Assembly: GCA_018985225.1 (NCBI GenBank)
Contig: JADGIF010000029.1
Location: 1-32,000, forward strand
From: Amoeboradix gromovi X-113
Lineage: Eukaryota; Fungi; Sanchytriomycota
Direction of reading: 5' to 3'
Length of the DNA stretch: 32,000 bases
Shown: one piece after another, positions 17,911 through 29,119 of the stretch
Layout: every line of letters starts with the position of its first letter
Position numbering within the stretch: the stretch's first letter is position 1
Notes under the pieces: model-generated
Database searches by the model: none
The model's input: the letters and a program-made list of their open reading frames with translations, nothing else
What the model was told of the DNA's origin: nothing
Position numbers and translations under genes: made by a program

Positions 17911-19971
17911 ATGACTTCCAACGCTACTTCACCTCGAAATAGAGATTCTACAAGAGAATCTACAAGAGATCCCAGTGAGAATCCAAACATGACGCACCAT
18001 CTACTATCAACTCAAAATCCATTTAATACACAGGAAAGCTATTTCGTATCTCCTAACGTAGAAACGTTTGATGATATGACATCGTCTAGTAATCATTCAG
18101 AATCTGATGAGGAACAAATAGACATTGTGGAAAATTGGGTAAATGAATCTACTCACCTTGAATGTTGTCAGAAGAGATGTTTACGAGGGAAAGATAATGA
18201 ACTAACACACTTTAGAATCAACTATTTAAGTTGGACAAGTGAACAAAGAAAATCATGCACGAAAACAATTGTCTACTGCTCTAGAAGAAAGAATCAAAGT
18301 AATCCAACTACTGGACGTGAAGTCCTTCAATACACTTTCTATCCTTTTCAGGAGGTATGTGTTAATGCCATTACAAGATTATTTAGTATTAATCATAAGA
18401 CAGTGAAGAGATGGCTACATAACTTTAAACATGATGGCCTACAATTGAAATCACATGGTAATACACGTAGAGAACCTTCTCATGCATTGTCAAGTATATT
18501 GAAGGAAGATATAGCTGAGTGGCTTACAGCCTTTGCAAATCGAGAAGGTGAACAACGACCAGGTCAGTGGAGAAATAATGGTCAATTGGTAAGAGATACA
18601 AGTACCTACACAGTCATTCCATCTCACTATATGATTCAAGCAATCTACAACCTGTATCTTTCAGATAATCAAGTTAGTGTAAGCTACTCAACCTTTAAAC
18701 GACTCTTTGACCTACAGCCTGTTAAAATCCAAACACCCAAGTCTGATATCTGTGATGAATGTACACAACTCAAATTGAAAATCACTCAATGTGTAGATGA
18801 AATGACATTGACAGAGTTAAATCAAGTACTCTCAACTCATTTGAAAGAAGCAAGATACACTAGAGAAGAGTATCATGTAGACTCAAGACAAGAAGAAGTT
18901 ACACACCTTTCATTTGATTATGCTCAGAATCTATGGTTACCTCATCTTGCTAATCAACCTGCTTCCTTTTACTTCATGTCATTGTTAAATGTATGTGTTT
19001 TTGGAATATTAGATGAAAAAAAGAATGTTCAGATGAATTATATTTACAATGAAGGTCAAGGTAAGAAAGGAAGTAACAATGTCATGTCAATGTTAATTCA
19101 TTATTATTATAAATTAAGACCTGAGAAACGAAGACAAATTGTTTGTCACTGTGACAACTGTACAGGTCAGAATAAAAATAATTGTACCGTCAAGATGTTA
19201 TGTTGGCTAGTTCTTCAAGGACATTCAGAGGATATTCAATTGAAGTTTATGGTACGTGGACATACAAAGTTTGGTCCTGATTCTCATTTTGGTGTGATCA
19301 AGAAAGCTTTTCAATTAAGAGATTGTTATACCCTTGATCATGTTTGTAATACAATCAATGACTCCTCAGAGGAAATGAATCAATGTTATATTTTTCCAAG
19401 TAGAAAGTTTAAAGATTATAGAAGTTCTTTGGATCGTATCTTCAATGACGTGAAGAGCATTACAAGTTATCAATGTTTCTGGTTCAACAAGGATTGGAAA
19501 GGAAAAGTCAAGGTAAGAAAATCTGTGAATGATGAATTTGAGATGATTGATTTACTTAAGATATCATTAGCCTCTTACACTTTTTATCCTCAACAGCTGG
19601 AAGTTCCTGGACTTAAGATGATTAAGAAGGAAGGATTGTATACAAAAGTACGTCCATTTATTCCTGAAGCATTTAAAGATATTTTATGTCCTAGACCTAC
19701 TGTTGTTCAAAATGAAGATGAAGTTGAGTTAGAAGTAACTGAAAGAGTGGAAGATGAAAGCAATACTGTTGTAGATGTAGGTGTAGATCCAAATGTAAAT
19801 CTTAAGAAACGTAGAATAACTAATGCGGATGAAATTCGAAAGCTGACAAGTGTGTTCAGTATAAATCCAAATCCAGATAAACAAGTATTGGAAACTCTAG
19901 CAGTTGATCTTGGATGGGACATTCAACGTGTTAGTTTTTGGTTTGGAAACAAGAGAAAGAGAACAAAATGA
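17911..19971 (+). CDS. Sola1-like DDD transposase with a C-terminal homeodomain (intact, 686 aa)
   Basis: HGN, D-I-C-D-E-C...H Zn motif, and catalytic-type motifs SFDYAQN, HCDNCTGQNKNN and FMVRGHTKFGPDSHFG. An acidic linker leads to a homeodomain ending WFGNKRKRTK. Confidence 0.88.
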   Translation: MTSNATSPRNRDSTRESTRDPSENPNMTHHLLSTQNPFNTQESYFVSPNVETFDDMTSSSNHSESDEEQIDIVENWVNESTHLECCQKRCLRGKDNELTHFRINYLSWTSEQRKSCTKTIVYCSRRKNQSNPTTGREVLQYTFYPFQEVCVNAITRLFSINHKTVKRWLHNFKHDGLQLKSHGNTRREPSHALSSILKEDIAEWLTAFANREGEQRPGQWRNNGQLVRDTSTYTVIPSHYMIQAIYNLYLSDNQVSVSYSTFKRLFDLQPVKIQTPKSDICDECTQLKLKITQCVDEMTLTELNQVLSTHLKEARYTREEYHVDSRQEEVTHLSFDYAQNLWLPHLANQPASFYFMSLLNVCVFGILDEKKNVQMNYIYNEGQGKKGSNNVMSMLIHYYYKLRPEKRRQIVCHCDNCTGQNKNNCTVKMLCWLVLQGHSEDIQLKFMVRGHTKFGPDSHFGVIKKAFQLRDCYTLDHVCNTINDSSEEMNQCYIFPSRKFKDYRSSLDRIFNDVKSITSYQCFWFNKDWKGKVKVRKSVNDEFEMIDLLKISLASYTFYPQQLEVPGLKMIKKEGLYTKVRPFIPEAFKDILCPRPTVVQNEDEVELEVTERVEDESNTVVDVGVDPNVNLKKRRITNADEIRKLTSVFSINPNPDKQVLETLAVDLGWDIQRVSFWFGNKRKRTK

Positions 19972-20422
19972 GTAAATGACTTTTGTAGTTGGACATTTAA
20001 CTTTTTTAAATAGATTTAACAATTATTTATACTATATCAGAGTTTTAAAGCAAATTGAAACTATTGTTTGGTAAAAACTAGGTTGTGGAAAGTTTTCATT
20101 TGGGACACCAAATGTAAAAACTAGACTAAGCCGAAAATTTCCGTTTTGAGATATTTCAATTTGAAATTTGTATTGTAATTCAAATATAAAAACCAGACTA
20201 AATAATTTTCAACCAATTAAGTAATTTTTCAGAAATTTCTACAAATAGCTAACGTTATAATTCTTTGATCCAATTAAGATAAACAAAATTATTACTATTA
20301 TTAAATAATATCTTAATTAAACAATGGGTATGTAAATTGATTTAAGAGTCTTTCATGGTGTTACTTTGATTGGGTAAGAGTTAATTTTTTAAAGGGTTTA
20401 AAACATTGGAAATGAAAAATCA

Positions 20423-22177
20423 ATGAAAGTTGAAAATTCTTCTGAGAATACTTTTGAAGATATGATGAAGCAGATTACAAGTTCATCTGCATGGAAATAT
20501 TTAAAGGGGGTCGAGTTTAAAGATATCCAGTTCAGGGATCTTTCCTATAAATTCCCTTTGATGAATTGGGAGAATAAACTAAAAGAAAAAGAATGGAATG
20601 AATTAAAGCCGTTGTTGGAGATGAAATATGCTTGGCTATCATTGGTTGACAACAAGAAAATCATCAAAAACAACTTTCGTTCTGAGATTACCGAATTCCC
20701 TGTCAATATAACCAAGCAAATAGTTGCAGTATTTACAAATATCATGCATATTCACAAAGTGGATCCGATCAACAAGTGCGTATATCTAACAGAATTACGA
20801 TATTGCAAAGATCAAGGTTTTATTTTGAAAAAGAATAAAATTGAATGTATCAATTCACTTGAATGTGATTGTAGTGAATTTAGCACCACAAGACGTGCTA
20901 TTAATGGTGTTAAAAGATTCAAGAATAATAGCTTTTGTAGGCATGTGTTTTTTATAAGCCATTTTTGTTTGGGTAAACCACAACATGAGTTTACTATGGA
21001 CACATGTTTTGATTTACAGGTCCCATATGCAAATAATTTATTTCAAGTAGAAGGTCATAGTGTTATGCAAAGAAAAGATGTAATTGATACACCTGATAAA
21101 TTTGAGATTTGTGGTAGTTGTTTTAATAGTGTCATAAAAGATCACGAGTATTCAGGTGATATATGCTTTAGATGTAATTCCCATCCTATTCGTATTCTAA
21201 ATCATTATATTTCTAAATTAGAATTCAACAAATTTCCTCGTGATCTAGTAGAGTCTTGTCAATTTAATGATAATAAATGGAAGAAATGGTTAAAAATGCA
21301 TGATGATATTGAGCAGTATTTATATGGTGGTAATTTGGTCTTGTCTTTCCTGGATGAGATGTTATCCAGTGACTCAACATGGTCCGATGTATTTAATTTA
21401 TTCAAGGGTTATTCAAAGTTATATGAATGTTGTGTACTATTTCATGGTACAACAGATAATTTAAAAAAGGATGTATTGTTGGCTTATAAATCTATCCGAT
21501 GTGCATTTACTTCAACTGATGTTATATCCAACTTAAAAGTGTTTGACGATAGTTTAGCTTTGCAGTTTAAAAATAATTGTCTGCTATCTTTTACTCAATC
21601 AAATGTGTCTGGGGATGATAATAAGATATTTATTTCATGGAATAAGAATCAACAAGAATTACAACTTGATACATTAACAAATGAAAATGAAATATTAATG
21701 CATCATGGCACAAGTAGAGGTTATTGTTTAACTTGGATTGAAGCTTGTACATGGGATTTAAAATCCTTATTCTGAAGGCCAAGATTTTAATACTACGAAT
21801 CAATCAGCATTTTACTTGCAAACAGATTTTGATTCTGCCAAGATGAGGGCTGACGCTGCTGTAAAGTTTAAAGGGAAAATGACATGTGTAATGGTATATG
21901 CAGCTAAAGTATCATATAATATGTCTAAGAATTACACAAAGTTGAAAGGAAAGGATTGGAAAGATGCGGTCATAGGCTTTCGAAACGACAAGAACCCAAA
22001 GAATTAGGATATAAGCATTGTATTGAAGGACCTATGGTTACCAATTCAAAAGGTGTTGGCAAAGGGGAGATTCCAAATGGAGGAGGTAGGGGTGATAATG
22101 TTCAAATATGTATTAAAAACCAGAACTTTTTCAAGGATAATTTTCGCTTTCTAGGGCTTGCATTATATGGGGCTTAA
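20423..22177 (+). pseudogene. Cargo gene: SWIM zinc finger + Cys-rich region + frameshifted ADP-ribosyltransferase-like (DUF3990-like) domain
   Basis: CDC..FCRH (SWIM), then CGSC..CFRC. HHGTS is followed, across three frames, by GQDF..AFYLQTDFDSAK..VMVY..WKDAV..R..IEGPM..QICIK. Confidence 0.65.
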
Positions 22178-22213
22178 ATTATATGAATAAATCTATTTAC
22201 TTGCTATATTCAC

Positions 22214-23310
22214 TCATTCACCATAAATAGCATGAAATTCCTCAGGGATATATCTGAGTGCACGACCAATGTCTCGTTTCTTCCTCTCAGACAATGCCGT
22301 TGGAATTAATGATTCAGGTGTAAATAAATAGTCATTTTGACTCAAGTCCTCTTCAATAATAGTATCAAATTCCACAAACATCGGATCGTTGACTTGTTTC
22401 TTACAAAAAACAACACCTGGGTGTTCAGCCTTGAATAAAAAGACGTGATATTTTGCAATGCTTGAAACATCATTGAATACAAGATCTAATTTAGATCGAT
22501 AATCTTTGAATATATGACTTGGAAATATCTTGCATTCATTGGTGACTGAAGACGATTCTATAATTGATTTCACTTGATCCAAATGAAATACATTTTCTCT
22601 TGCATATTTCTTTTTAATGTGACCAAATCCACTATCAGGACTAAATTTAGTATGTCCTTTTATCATAAATTTAAATTCAATCGTATTGCATTTTCCAAGT
22701 AAACACATCCATGACATCAATTTAATAATGGTGTTGTTTTTATTTTGACCAACACAATTATCTGCATGCAATATCAAGTTCACTCGTTGTTCTTTTGGGA
22801 GGCAATAGGCATAATCTAGTAGTAACGTGGCCACATTATTATTTGCCTTTCTGCCTTGGTCTTCTCTGTAAATGTGATTCACTTGTTTGTGATGGGTTTC
22901 ATTGCGTATTCCAAATAAATTAACGTTTAATAAAGAAAGAAAGTACAAGTCACTTGGTTGATCGTGTAATTGTGGTCAACTTAAATTTTGGCTGTAATCA
23001 AATGACAAGTGTGTAAATCCTTGTCTACTGTGATCGCGGTTGTAATCGAGTCTTGCTAATTTGGCTTGTCGTAAATGTAATTGAAAGGCCGTGGTCAATT
23101 CCAAAGTAGCACTTTCTGATAAATCTATTGTATTAAGTTGTTCGCGAAAGACAGTTCAAGTGTCGCAGACATCCGTTTTTCCTGATTTTATTTTAATATT
23201 GCCACATAATTTAAAATACTTGCGAAATGTTTCTATATTGATATTCAATGTAGTGGTGTCACAGATGTACATACCATGTCGACAATTCATCAAACATTGA
23301 TGTTAATGGT
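22214..23310 (-). pseudogene. Sola1-like transposase pseudogene
   Basis: HADNCVGQNKNN and FMIKGHTKFSPDSGFG are in the 244-aa ORF. Upstream KTDVCDT* and THLSFDYSQNLS*PQLHDQP carry stops and frameshifts. Colinear with 17911-19971 but lacks the homeodomain. Confidence 0.9.
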
Positions 23311-24680
23311 CTGTTGAATATATCTTGTGATATTAGAGGTGATAATAATGATGAAAAACGACAACATTTATATGAATGGTTCAATAGAAATTTTCCACCA
23401 GCAATTATCAATGGATTAAGGGTCATGTTACTTGTAAATTTTAATTATGCTCGATTTGGGAGGTTGATCCTTGGATTTATTTCATCACATGCTAATGCTG
23501 GAAATCACCGATATATTAGTACAACATTTAGACTATACGGTTAGTCTAATATTCATACTTGAATAAATATTATAAATAAAATCATTGGTTCATTTATTTA
23601 GTCTATTTTTCATATTCGAATCAAGATTTAAAAGTCATTTCATTGGTCAAATGTATTTAGTCTAGTTATTACATTTGATTAACACGATTATCTTTAAAGT
23701 GACGTAACTAAGTGAATAATGGCTACATTGACTCGAAATTATGATTTTTGAAAAGATCATGTTCTAGAGATTCTGAAAAGTCTATTGTTTAAATTTCTTA
23801 TAATTTCGAGTCAGTCTAGTTTTTATATTTGGTGTCCCATATAGTCTTGGTAAACTTTCAAACTTTGTATAATTGTGCAGTTTCAATTGCGGCATATTTT
23901 CAGACCCCTCGCAGCATGACTTTGCATAAAAAAGCAGAATTATCAGATAGAATTTAATTTGGTAATTCTTTAGAATAAGTACTAGTTTCAGCTTCTATAG
24001 TAAAGTCTTCAAACTGCTAAAAAGTCATCTAGTTTCAGTATTCCTGACGCAATTTAACACTGATAGTAAGCTTGAAACAAATCTTTTGATGTTTTTGAGA
24101 GTCGATGTCAGTGCAAGAAAATATTTACGAGGTACATAGGTCTTGGTAGATGATGTTCTGCATGTGTTTTTACACTTAAGATGACAGCTCTCAATTGCAC
24201 TTGAATAAACTAATTATTATGATTGCACGAAATAAAATGCTCCAACATGGTCTCTTTCCAGAGTTTCCCGCTAGGAAAAACGATACTCAATTTTTTATCG
24301 ATTGCAAAAGGCTCCAAACCGATAACTCAATTATGTCATTTCTAAAGAAATCATTAATTCAGGCAAAACATACTCTTCCACACTAAAAACTCGTACAAAG
24401 GTACAGCTTTCATGACGATTCAAAGAAATAATAAGATTAAGAGAGAAATGAGCCACGGGCTTTGTAATCATGATAGTTTCGCTACTGTTGCTATCACGGC
24501 GATTATATCAAATAAGCGCGTTTCCATTAACACTATGGAGCTCGCATAAAATAATTTTTCCGGTCATGTTTGGTGCCATTTCGGCATACCTGGGTTTAAT
24601 TCAACAGTATTATCTGGGCTCATTGAGTAAATTCATCTGGCACCTTGTGTGTCAGGCAAACGAAAAATTAAATTTGAAAC

Positions 24681-25640
24681 ATGGCAAATCTTGCACCATG
24701 TCCCTACAAATTGGGAAAAGAATTGGGTGAAGGAAGTTATGCGATAGTTAAAGAAACGTGTCATATGCCAACAGGAAAGAAGTATGCTGCTAAAATATTT
24801 AATAAGAAGTTAATAAAAAACAAGCAACATGTGGTATTAAATGAGATAAATATACTGAAAGAACTTTCAGACTGCCCAGATTGCATTTTAAAGCTAGTAG
24901 ATTATTTTGAGAGCTTGAATAACCTTTATGTAATTATGGAATTGGCTAGTGAGGATTTATTTGATAAAATGCTAAGAGGTGTAACTGAGACGGATACCAT
25001 AATAACAATCAAGAGGGTCTTAAGTGCATTAGAATTTCTTCACTCACACAACATAACACATAGAGATTTGAAGCCAGAAAACATTTTGTTGCGACAATAT
25101 GATAATGTGAATACTGCAATGGTGGGCGACTTTGGACTAGCAAAGTTGATTTCTGTGGATGGAAATATGCGAACTTTATGTGGAACTCCTGGCTATATGT
25201 CACCAGAAGTATTGAATAAAGCGGAATACACAAATGCAGTCGATGTGTGGTCTGTAGGTTGCATAGCATTTTTTATGCTAACAGGTAGCCCACCGTTTGA
25301 AAAGCCAAGTACTCTGGAAGAACTAAAAGCTATACTAAATGTAGATGTAAATATTCCTCAGAATCTGACCGTAGAATCTCAAGACTTTATTAAAAACTGT
25401 TTAAAAAGAGACCCCAGACATCGATTCACAGTATTGCAATGTCAAGCTCATTATTGGATTAATGGTAAGTCTGCAAACATGCAGATAATAACAGGGCAGT
25501 CTAGAATGAGATGGAAGAAGGCAATCGATGCTGTTCAATTTATACGTTTTATTAACAAAAAGGCAGAAGGGAACAAGATATTGTTAGATGTACCAGCTCC
25601 CGTTAAAGAGGAACTGATAGAAATGGTAGTAAACGAATAA
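24681..25640 (+). CDS. Calcium/calmodulin-dependent protein kinase (CaMK1-like)
   Basis: LGEGSYAIV, YAAK, HRDLKPEN, DFG and LCGTPGYMSPE, plus a CaM-binding-like RWKKAIDAV tail. Confidence 0.92.
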   Translation: MANLAPCPYKLGKELGEGSYAIVKETCHMPTGKKYAAKIFNKKLIKNKQHVVLNEINILKELSDCPDCILKLVDYFESLNNLYVIMELASEDLFDKMLRGVTETDTIITIKRVLSALEFLHSHNITHRDLKPENILLRQYDNVNTAMVGDFGLAKLISVDGNMRTLCGTPGYMSPEVLNKAEYTNAVDVWSVGCIAFFMLTGSPPFEKPSTLEELKAILNVDVNIPQNLTVESQDFIKNCLKRDPRHRFTVLQCQAHYWINGKSANMQIITGQSRMRWKKAIDAVQFIRFINKKAEGNKILLDVPAPVKEELIEMVVNE

Positions 25641-26135
25641 ATAGTTTATGTTTTGAAGTGGTATTTGACCGTGAACAAATAGTCATCGGTTCTGCTTGAA
25701 TGAAAAATGAAGCACTTTTCTAGAAGTAATATCAGACGCCTCTAATTGCAAAGGAGAGATTATTGTATCGTTAAAAAGGCGCTCAATATTTGCCTAGTAT
25801 TTCCGCATCTCTCTCAATAGAGATCATTTTGTCTGCGAGAGTCCCGTTCAGTTAATAAAAAGAAGATATTAAACATCAAGTCAAAAAATTATCTCATAAC
25901 TTCTCAGGTGCCAGAATTAAGGACATCGAGAACGTTAATCCGAATGTTGATAGTGGCTATGCTGCGACAAGGGGGATACGCGTTAAGCCTTTCCGCTAAA
26001 GGTAATATTTTCTTCAGAATTTCGAGATTTCAATTAGGCAGCAACCTTGAATTCATCGATGCAATACCGTAAATAGCTGGAACATTCCGATCTGCGCAAA
26101 ACTCCTTCAGAAGGCTTAAAAAGTGGCTCAAGATA

Positions 26136-27218
26136 ATGTTTCTCACTTTGATGTCTGTATACTCCGTGATAAGTGATTGTGCAGACGTAATAAACTTAGC
26201 TAGAGGCTTGAACTTTCAAATGCACGATCCGGATTATTTTGCCGCTATTCAAAATAATTGTTGTGAACTAGTTTACTGTACGGAGACTCATGTGAACATA
26301 ATAGAATGGGATTTATCAGGTATGTTTACTCGTATAAATGGAACCGTAAACGCCTCAGCGATTCCTTATTACGTCGAAAGATTAAGTTTAGCTGGTAATG
26401 AAATTCATGGTGGTATTCCGCAAATTTCTTCTCCTTTCATGCAAATGCTGGAATTGTCAAACAACAACTTCAATGGGACTCTTCCAAGTCTGCCACCAAA
26501 CATTCAAATTTATGCTGTTTCTCAAAACAATCTACATGGCGATGTTCCTTATTTGCCACCTAGCTTAGCCGATTTCTATCTGGGATTTTTCCCATATGAG
26601 GGATGGCAGTATCATACCCAGAACCGCTTTACTGGCGTCGTTAGGCTAAACGCACCAATTGCGCTTAACTTGATCGGCAATTGGATTACTGATGTTATTA
26701 TCGATGATCCCAGCAGATTGGAGAAGGGCCTGTGTGATTTATCAAATAACCCGCTTTTGAACAATCCAAACGTTGCAAAGCTAACAAATTGCATAATGAA
26801 AGATTTGTATGATAGCAGACTGCTTTCTAACACAGTGATTGCTTTGAGCACCACAAACGAACTCAAAGCTGGAACAACTGACCCTTTAGTACAAACCAAA
26901 ATCACCACTGACAATCCAGTAGCGACATTCAGGAAGAGATTGAGTAACTCAGCAACGAGAGATCTTCAAATGTCTACCACAACTGCCGCAACGAACTCTG
27001 TCAAAACCGAGAAAGTCTCAATGCCAACTGCCTTCAGAGATGTCAGATCCACAATTCGTCTGGACTTTACCAGCTACTCAGTGACTCAGTATATATTTGC
27101 GGTGCTCAAGATTGTGGTTGATATAGCATTGTCATATTACACGCTCTTGACTGCTCCATTTAAGAGAGAATGGGAGAACAGAAACACTTCAAAGGTGTCC
27201 ACCAAGTCATTTCTTTGA
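26136..27218 (+). CDS. Secreted/membrane leucine-rich-repeat protein with Thr-rich stalk
   Basis: Signal peptide, Cys cap (NNCC), LxLxxNxxxGxxP repeats, CDLSNNPL cap, Thr-rich region and a C-terminal hydrophobic helix. Confidence 0.85.
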   Translation: MFLTLMSVYSVISDCADVINLARGLNFQMHDPDYFAAIQNNCCELVYCTETHVNIIEWDLSGMFTRINGTVNASAIPYYVERLSLAGNEIHGGIPQISSPFMQMLELSNNNFNGTLPSLPPNIQIYAVSQNNLHGDVPYLPPSLADFYLGFFPYEGWQYHTQNRFTGVVRLNAPIALNLIGNWITDVIIDDPSRLEKGLCDLSNNPLLNNPNVAKLTNCIMKDLYDSRLLSNTVIALSTTNELKAGTTDPLVQTKITTDNPVATFRKRLSNSATRDLQMSTTTAATNSVKTEKVSMPTAFRDVRSTIRLDFTSYSVTQYIFAVLKIVVDIALSYYTLLTAPFKREWENRNTSKVSTKSFL

Positions 27219-27460
27219 TTTGTTATACTGAAAAACAATAAATACCATTTCAAACAGCTAAAGAGTTAGTTAAATACATATTAAAAGCATAATAATACTT
27301 GTTGAGTTAGTTCTTTATGGTTCTGTATACCATCTCTTTGCAAAGGGGACAGCCACCAGCTATCTTTCTCTTTCAAATGTTTAAGGTCTCTGCATGCCTA
27401 AGCAAAAGGCACAACCAATAAGATTAATTTATTTTAATTTACTATCGGTTAATACACACT

Positions 27461-27518
27461 TGAAATAATGCTTCAAACTGTTTCAGAAAGTTAGTCCAGT
27501 TTTTATATTTGATGTCCA
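27461..27518. repeat. Solo terminal fragment of the Sola-like element
   Basis: CAGAAAGTTAGTCCAGTTTTTATATTTGATGTCC is identical to 6121-6154. Similarity extends about 25 bp further inward (TGAAATAATG). No adjacent partner end is visible. Confidence 0.8.
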
Positions 27519-27843
27519 ATTTGTATAGCACCAGAATGTAAAATTTGAAAACGAGGATAGTAAAATTCTTCACACAGACAATGCAACAAACTGACCAAAT
27601 ATCTTAACTTAAGTTGGCTAATTTGCAGAAATCTCAAGTAATCATATTTTATTTCATAAAAACCATTTTTCGTAATTGAATTGGTAATCTTTAGACTCTG
27701 AAGATTATTTCTAAAATCTCTGAAGTACTAAACAAGTTGTATACAATCATATAATCACAATCCACTTCATTGTGCAGTAAGAGGTCCGAAATTTATTAGC
27801 AAACAAAACCATCAAAAATTCTTTAAATCACCTTATTTATTCT

Positions 27844-29119
27844 CTATTTGCTCATATACAAACTCGGATCAATATTATCAGGTTTTTCTGTAATATTCAC
27901 TTCAAACTTTTCTTGTACTTCGTTCAACACATCTGTATCTCCAGCACTGCTCACAAATGTAATACCCAATCCTTTTGTACCAAATCTACCAGCTCTTCCG
28001 ACTCTATGCAAATACTGATGAGGCTCTTAATTAATTTGAATTACCGTCAGGCATATCGTAGTTGATGACAACATTAACACGCTCTACATCTATACCTCTT
28101 CCAAAAAGATCGGTAGCAACCATCACTCTTTTCTCGTAGCTTTTGAAGTCGTTGTATCTTCTAATTCTTTCATTTTGGTTTAAGTCACCGTGAATACTAA
28201 TGCTAGGAAATCCTTTGTCACTTAATATCTTACTTAGTCGCTCTGTAAATCTACCACTTTTCACAAATATGACAATCTGATTGAACTGTAAGTTGTCGAG
28301 CAACTGAATGACAGATTTGATTTTATCTTTTTCTTCTAATTTCATGTAGTACTGACTCAAACCATGCAGAGTTAATTTAGCCTGATCGTCTACGAATATC
28401 TCTAAAGGGTTTGTCATGAAGAGTCTACAGGTCTTTTTCATCGCATCGTCCATTGTAGCTGAGAACATCATAACTTGCTTGTTCTTTGGACAGTGCTTGA
28501 AGATGTCTTGTACATCCTGGCGCATGCGAGGCTCACCTAACATTTTGTCGCATTCATCGAGCACAAAAAATTTGGTTTTATCTAAAATGACATGCTTTTC
28601 ATTAACCAACTGCTTCATTCTGCCCGGAGTAGCTACAATAATGGATGGCTTATTCATCTTCAGAGCATCCAAGTTGTCTCTTAAACTAATTCCACCAAAA
28701 ACAACTTCAGTCTTAACGTCCGGTAAATATTTCGAGAAACGATCGAACTCCTTCTTGATTTGGTAAGCCAGCTCTCTAGTATGACACAGGATCACGCATG
28801 ATGGATAATGCGGTAATCCCAATTGTTCTTGCTTTGGTTCGCTGTCTAGTTGATGTAAAGTACTTAATACAAACACTGCAGTCTTTCCCATCCCAGATTT
28901 AGCCTGGCAGAGTACATCACATCCCAACAATGACTGAGGAATGCATTCTTGCTGAACCATTGAAGGGTGTTCAAATCCATTGTCTTGGATAGCACGTAAT
29001 AATTCAGGTTTAAGCATAAAGTCCTTAAAACCTGTTGAGTGAGCACCCACGTAACTACCTTTTTGTTCGCTCTTTTTGGTTACCTTTTTGGTTGTTTGCA
29101 ATTCTTCAAATTGTGGCAT
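27844..29119 (-). CDS. SUB2: ATP-dependent RNA helicase SUB2/UAP56 (DECD box), 2 exons (29119-28045, 28025-27844), about 418 aa
   Basis: [40 protein letters not shown] and MMFSAT. After splicing it reads [24 protein letters not shown]...SLYMSK*. Confidence 0.95.
28026..28044 (-). other. 19-nt spliceosomal intron (GTAATTCAAATTAATTAAG)
   Basis: The only short GT..AG choice I found that restores the frame and the canonical DMP-x5-YLHR spacing before helicase motif VI. Confidence 0.87.

Larger units (their letters stand above)
20102..23838 (-). mobile_element. 3.7-kb Sola1-like TIR transposon with decayed transposase and cargo gene
   Basis: TIRs GGGACACCAAAT(G/A)TAAAAACTAGACT match 25/26 and extend imperfectly to about 37 bp. 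Subterminal copies at 20181-20204, 23541-23562, 23595-23618 and 23654-23677. AWWT flanks (ATTT/ATAT). Confidence 0.88.

Noticed and set aside
23541-23680. Spaced repeats resembling a CRISPR array
   Set aside because: They are degenerate subterminal copies of the TIR motif, in a eukaryotic context with no cas genes.
20050-23890. Outer inverted similarity (AATTGAAACT..GAAAGTTT) on both sides of the 3.7-kb element
   Set aside because: Short, gapped and AT-rich; cannot be distinguished from chance by eye.
27310-27420. GC-richer patch that might be an snRNA or a RING-finger remnant (CAFC..GGCPLCKE on the minus strand)
   Set aside because: No Sm site or convincing fold, and the peptide is too fragmentary to call.
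20102-27522. Composite transposon from 20102 to 27518 (matching ATTT flanks) carrying CaMK and the LRR gene
   Set aside because: A 4-bp AT-rich match is weak, and 20102 already has a better partner end at 23838.
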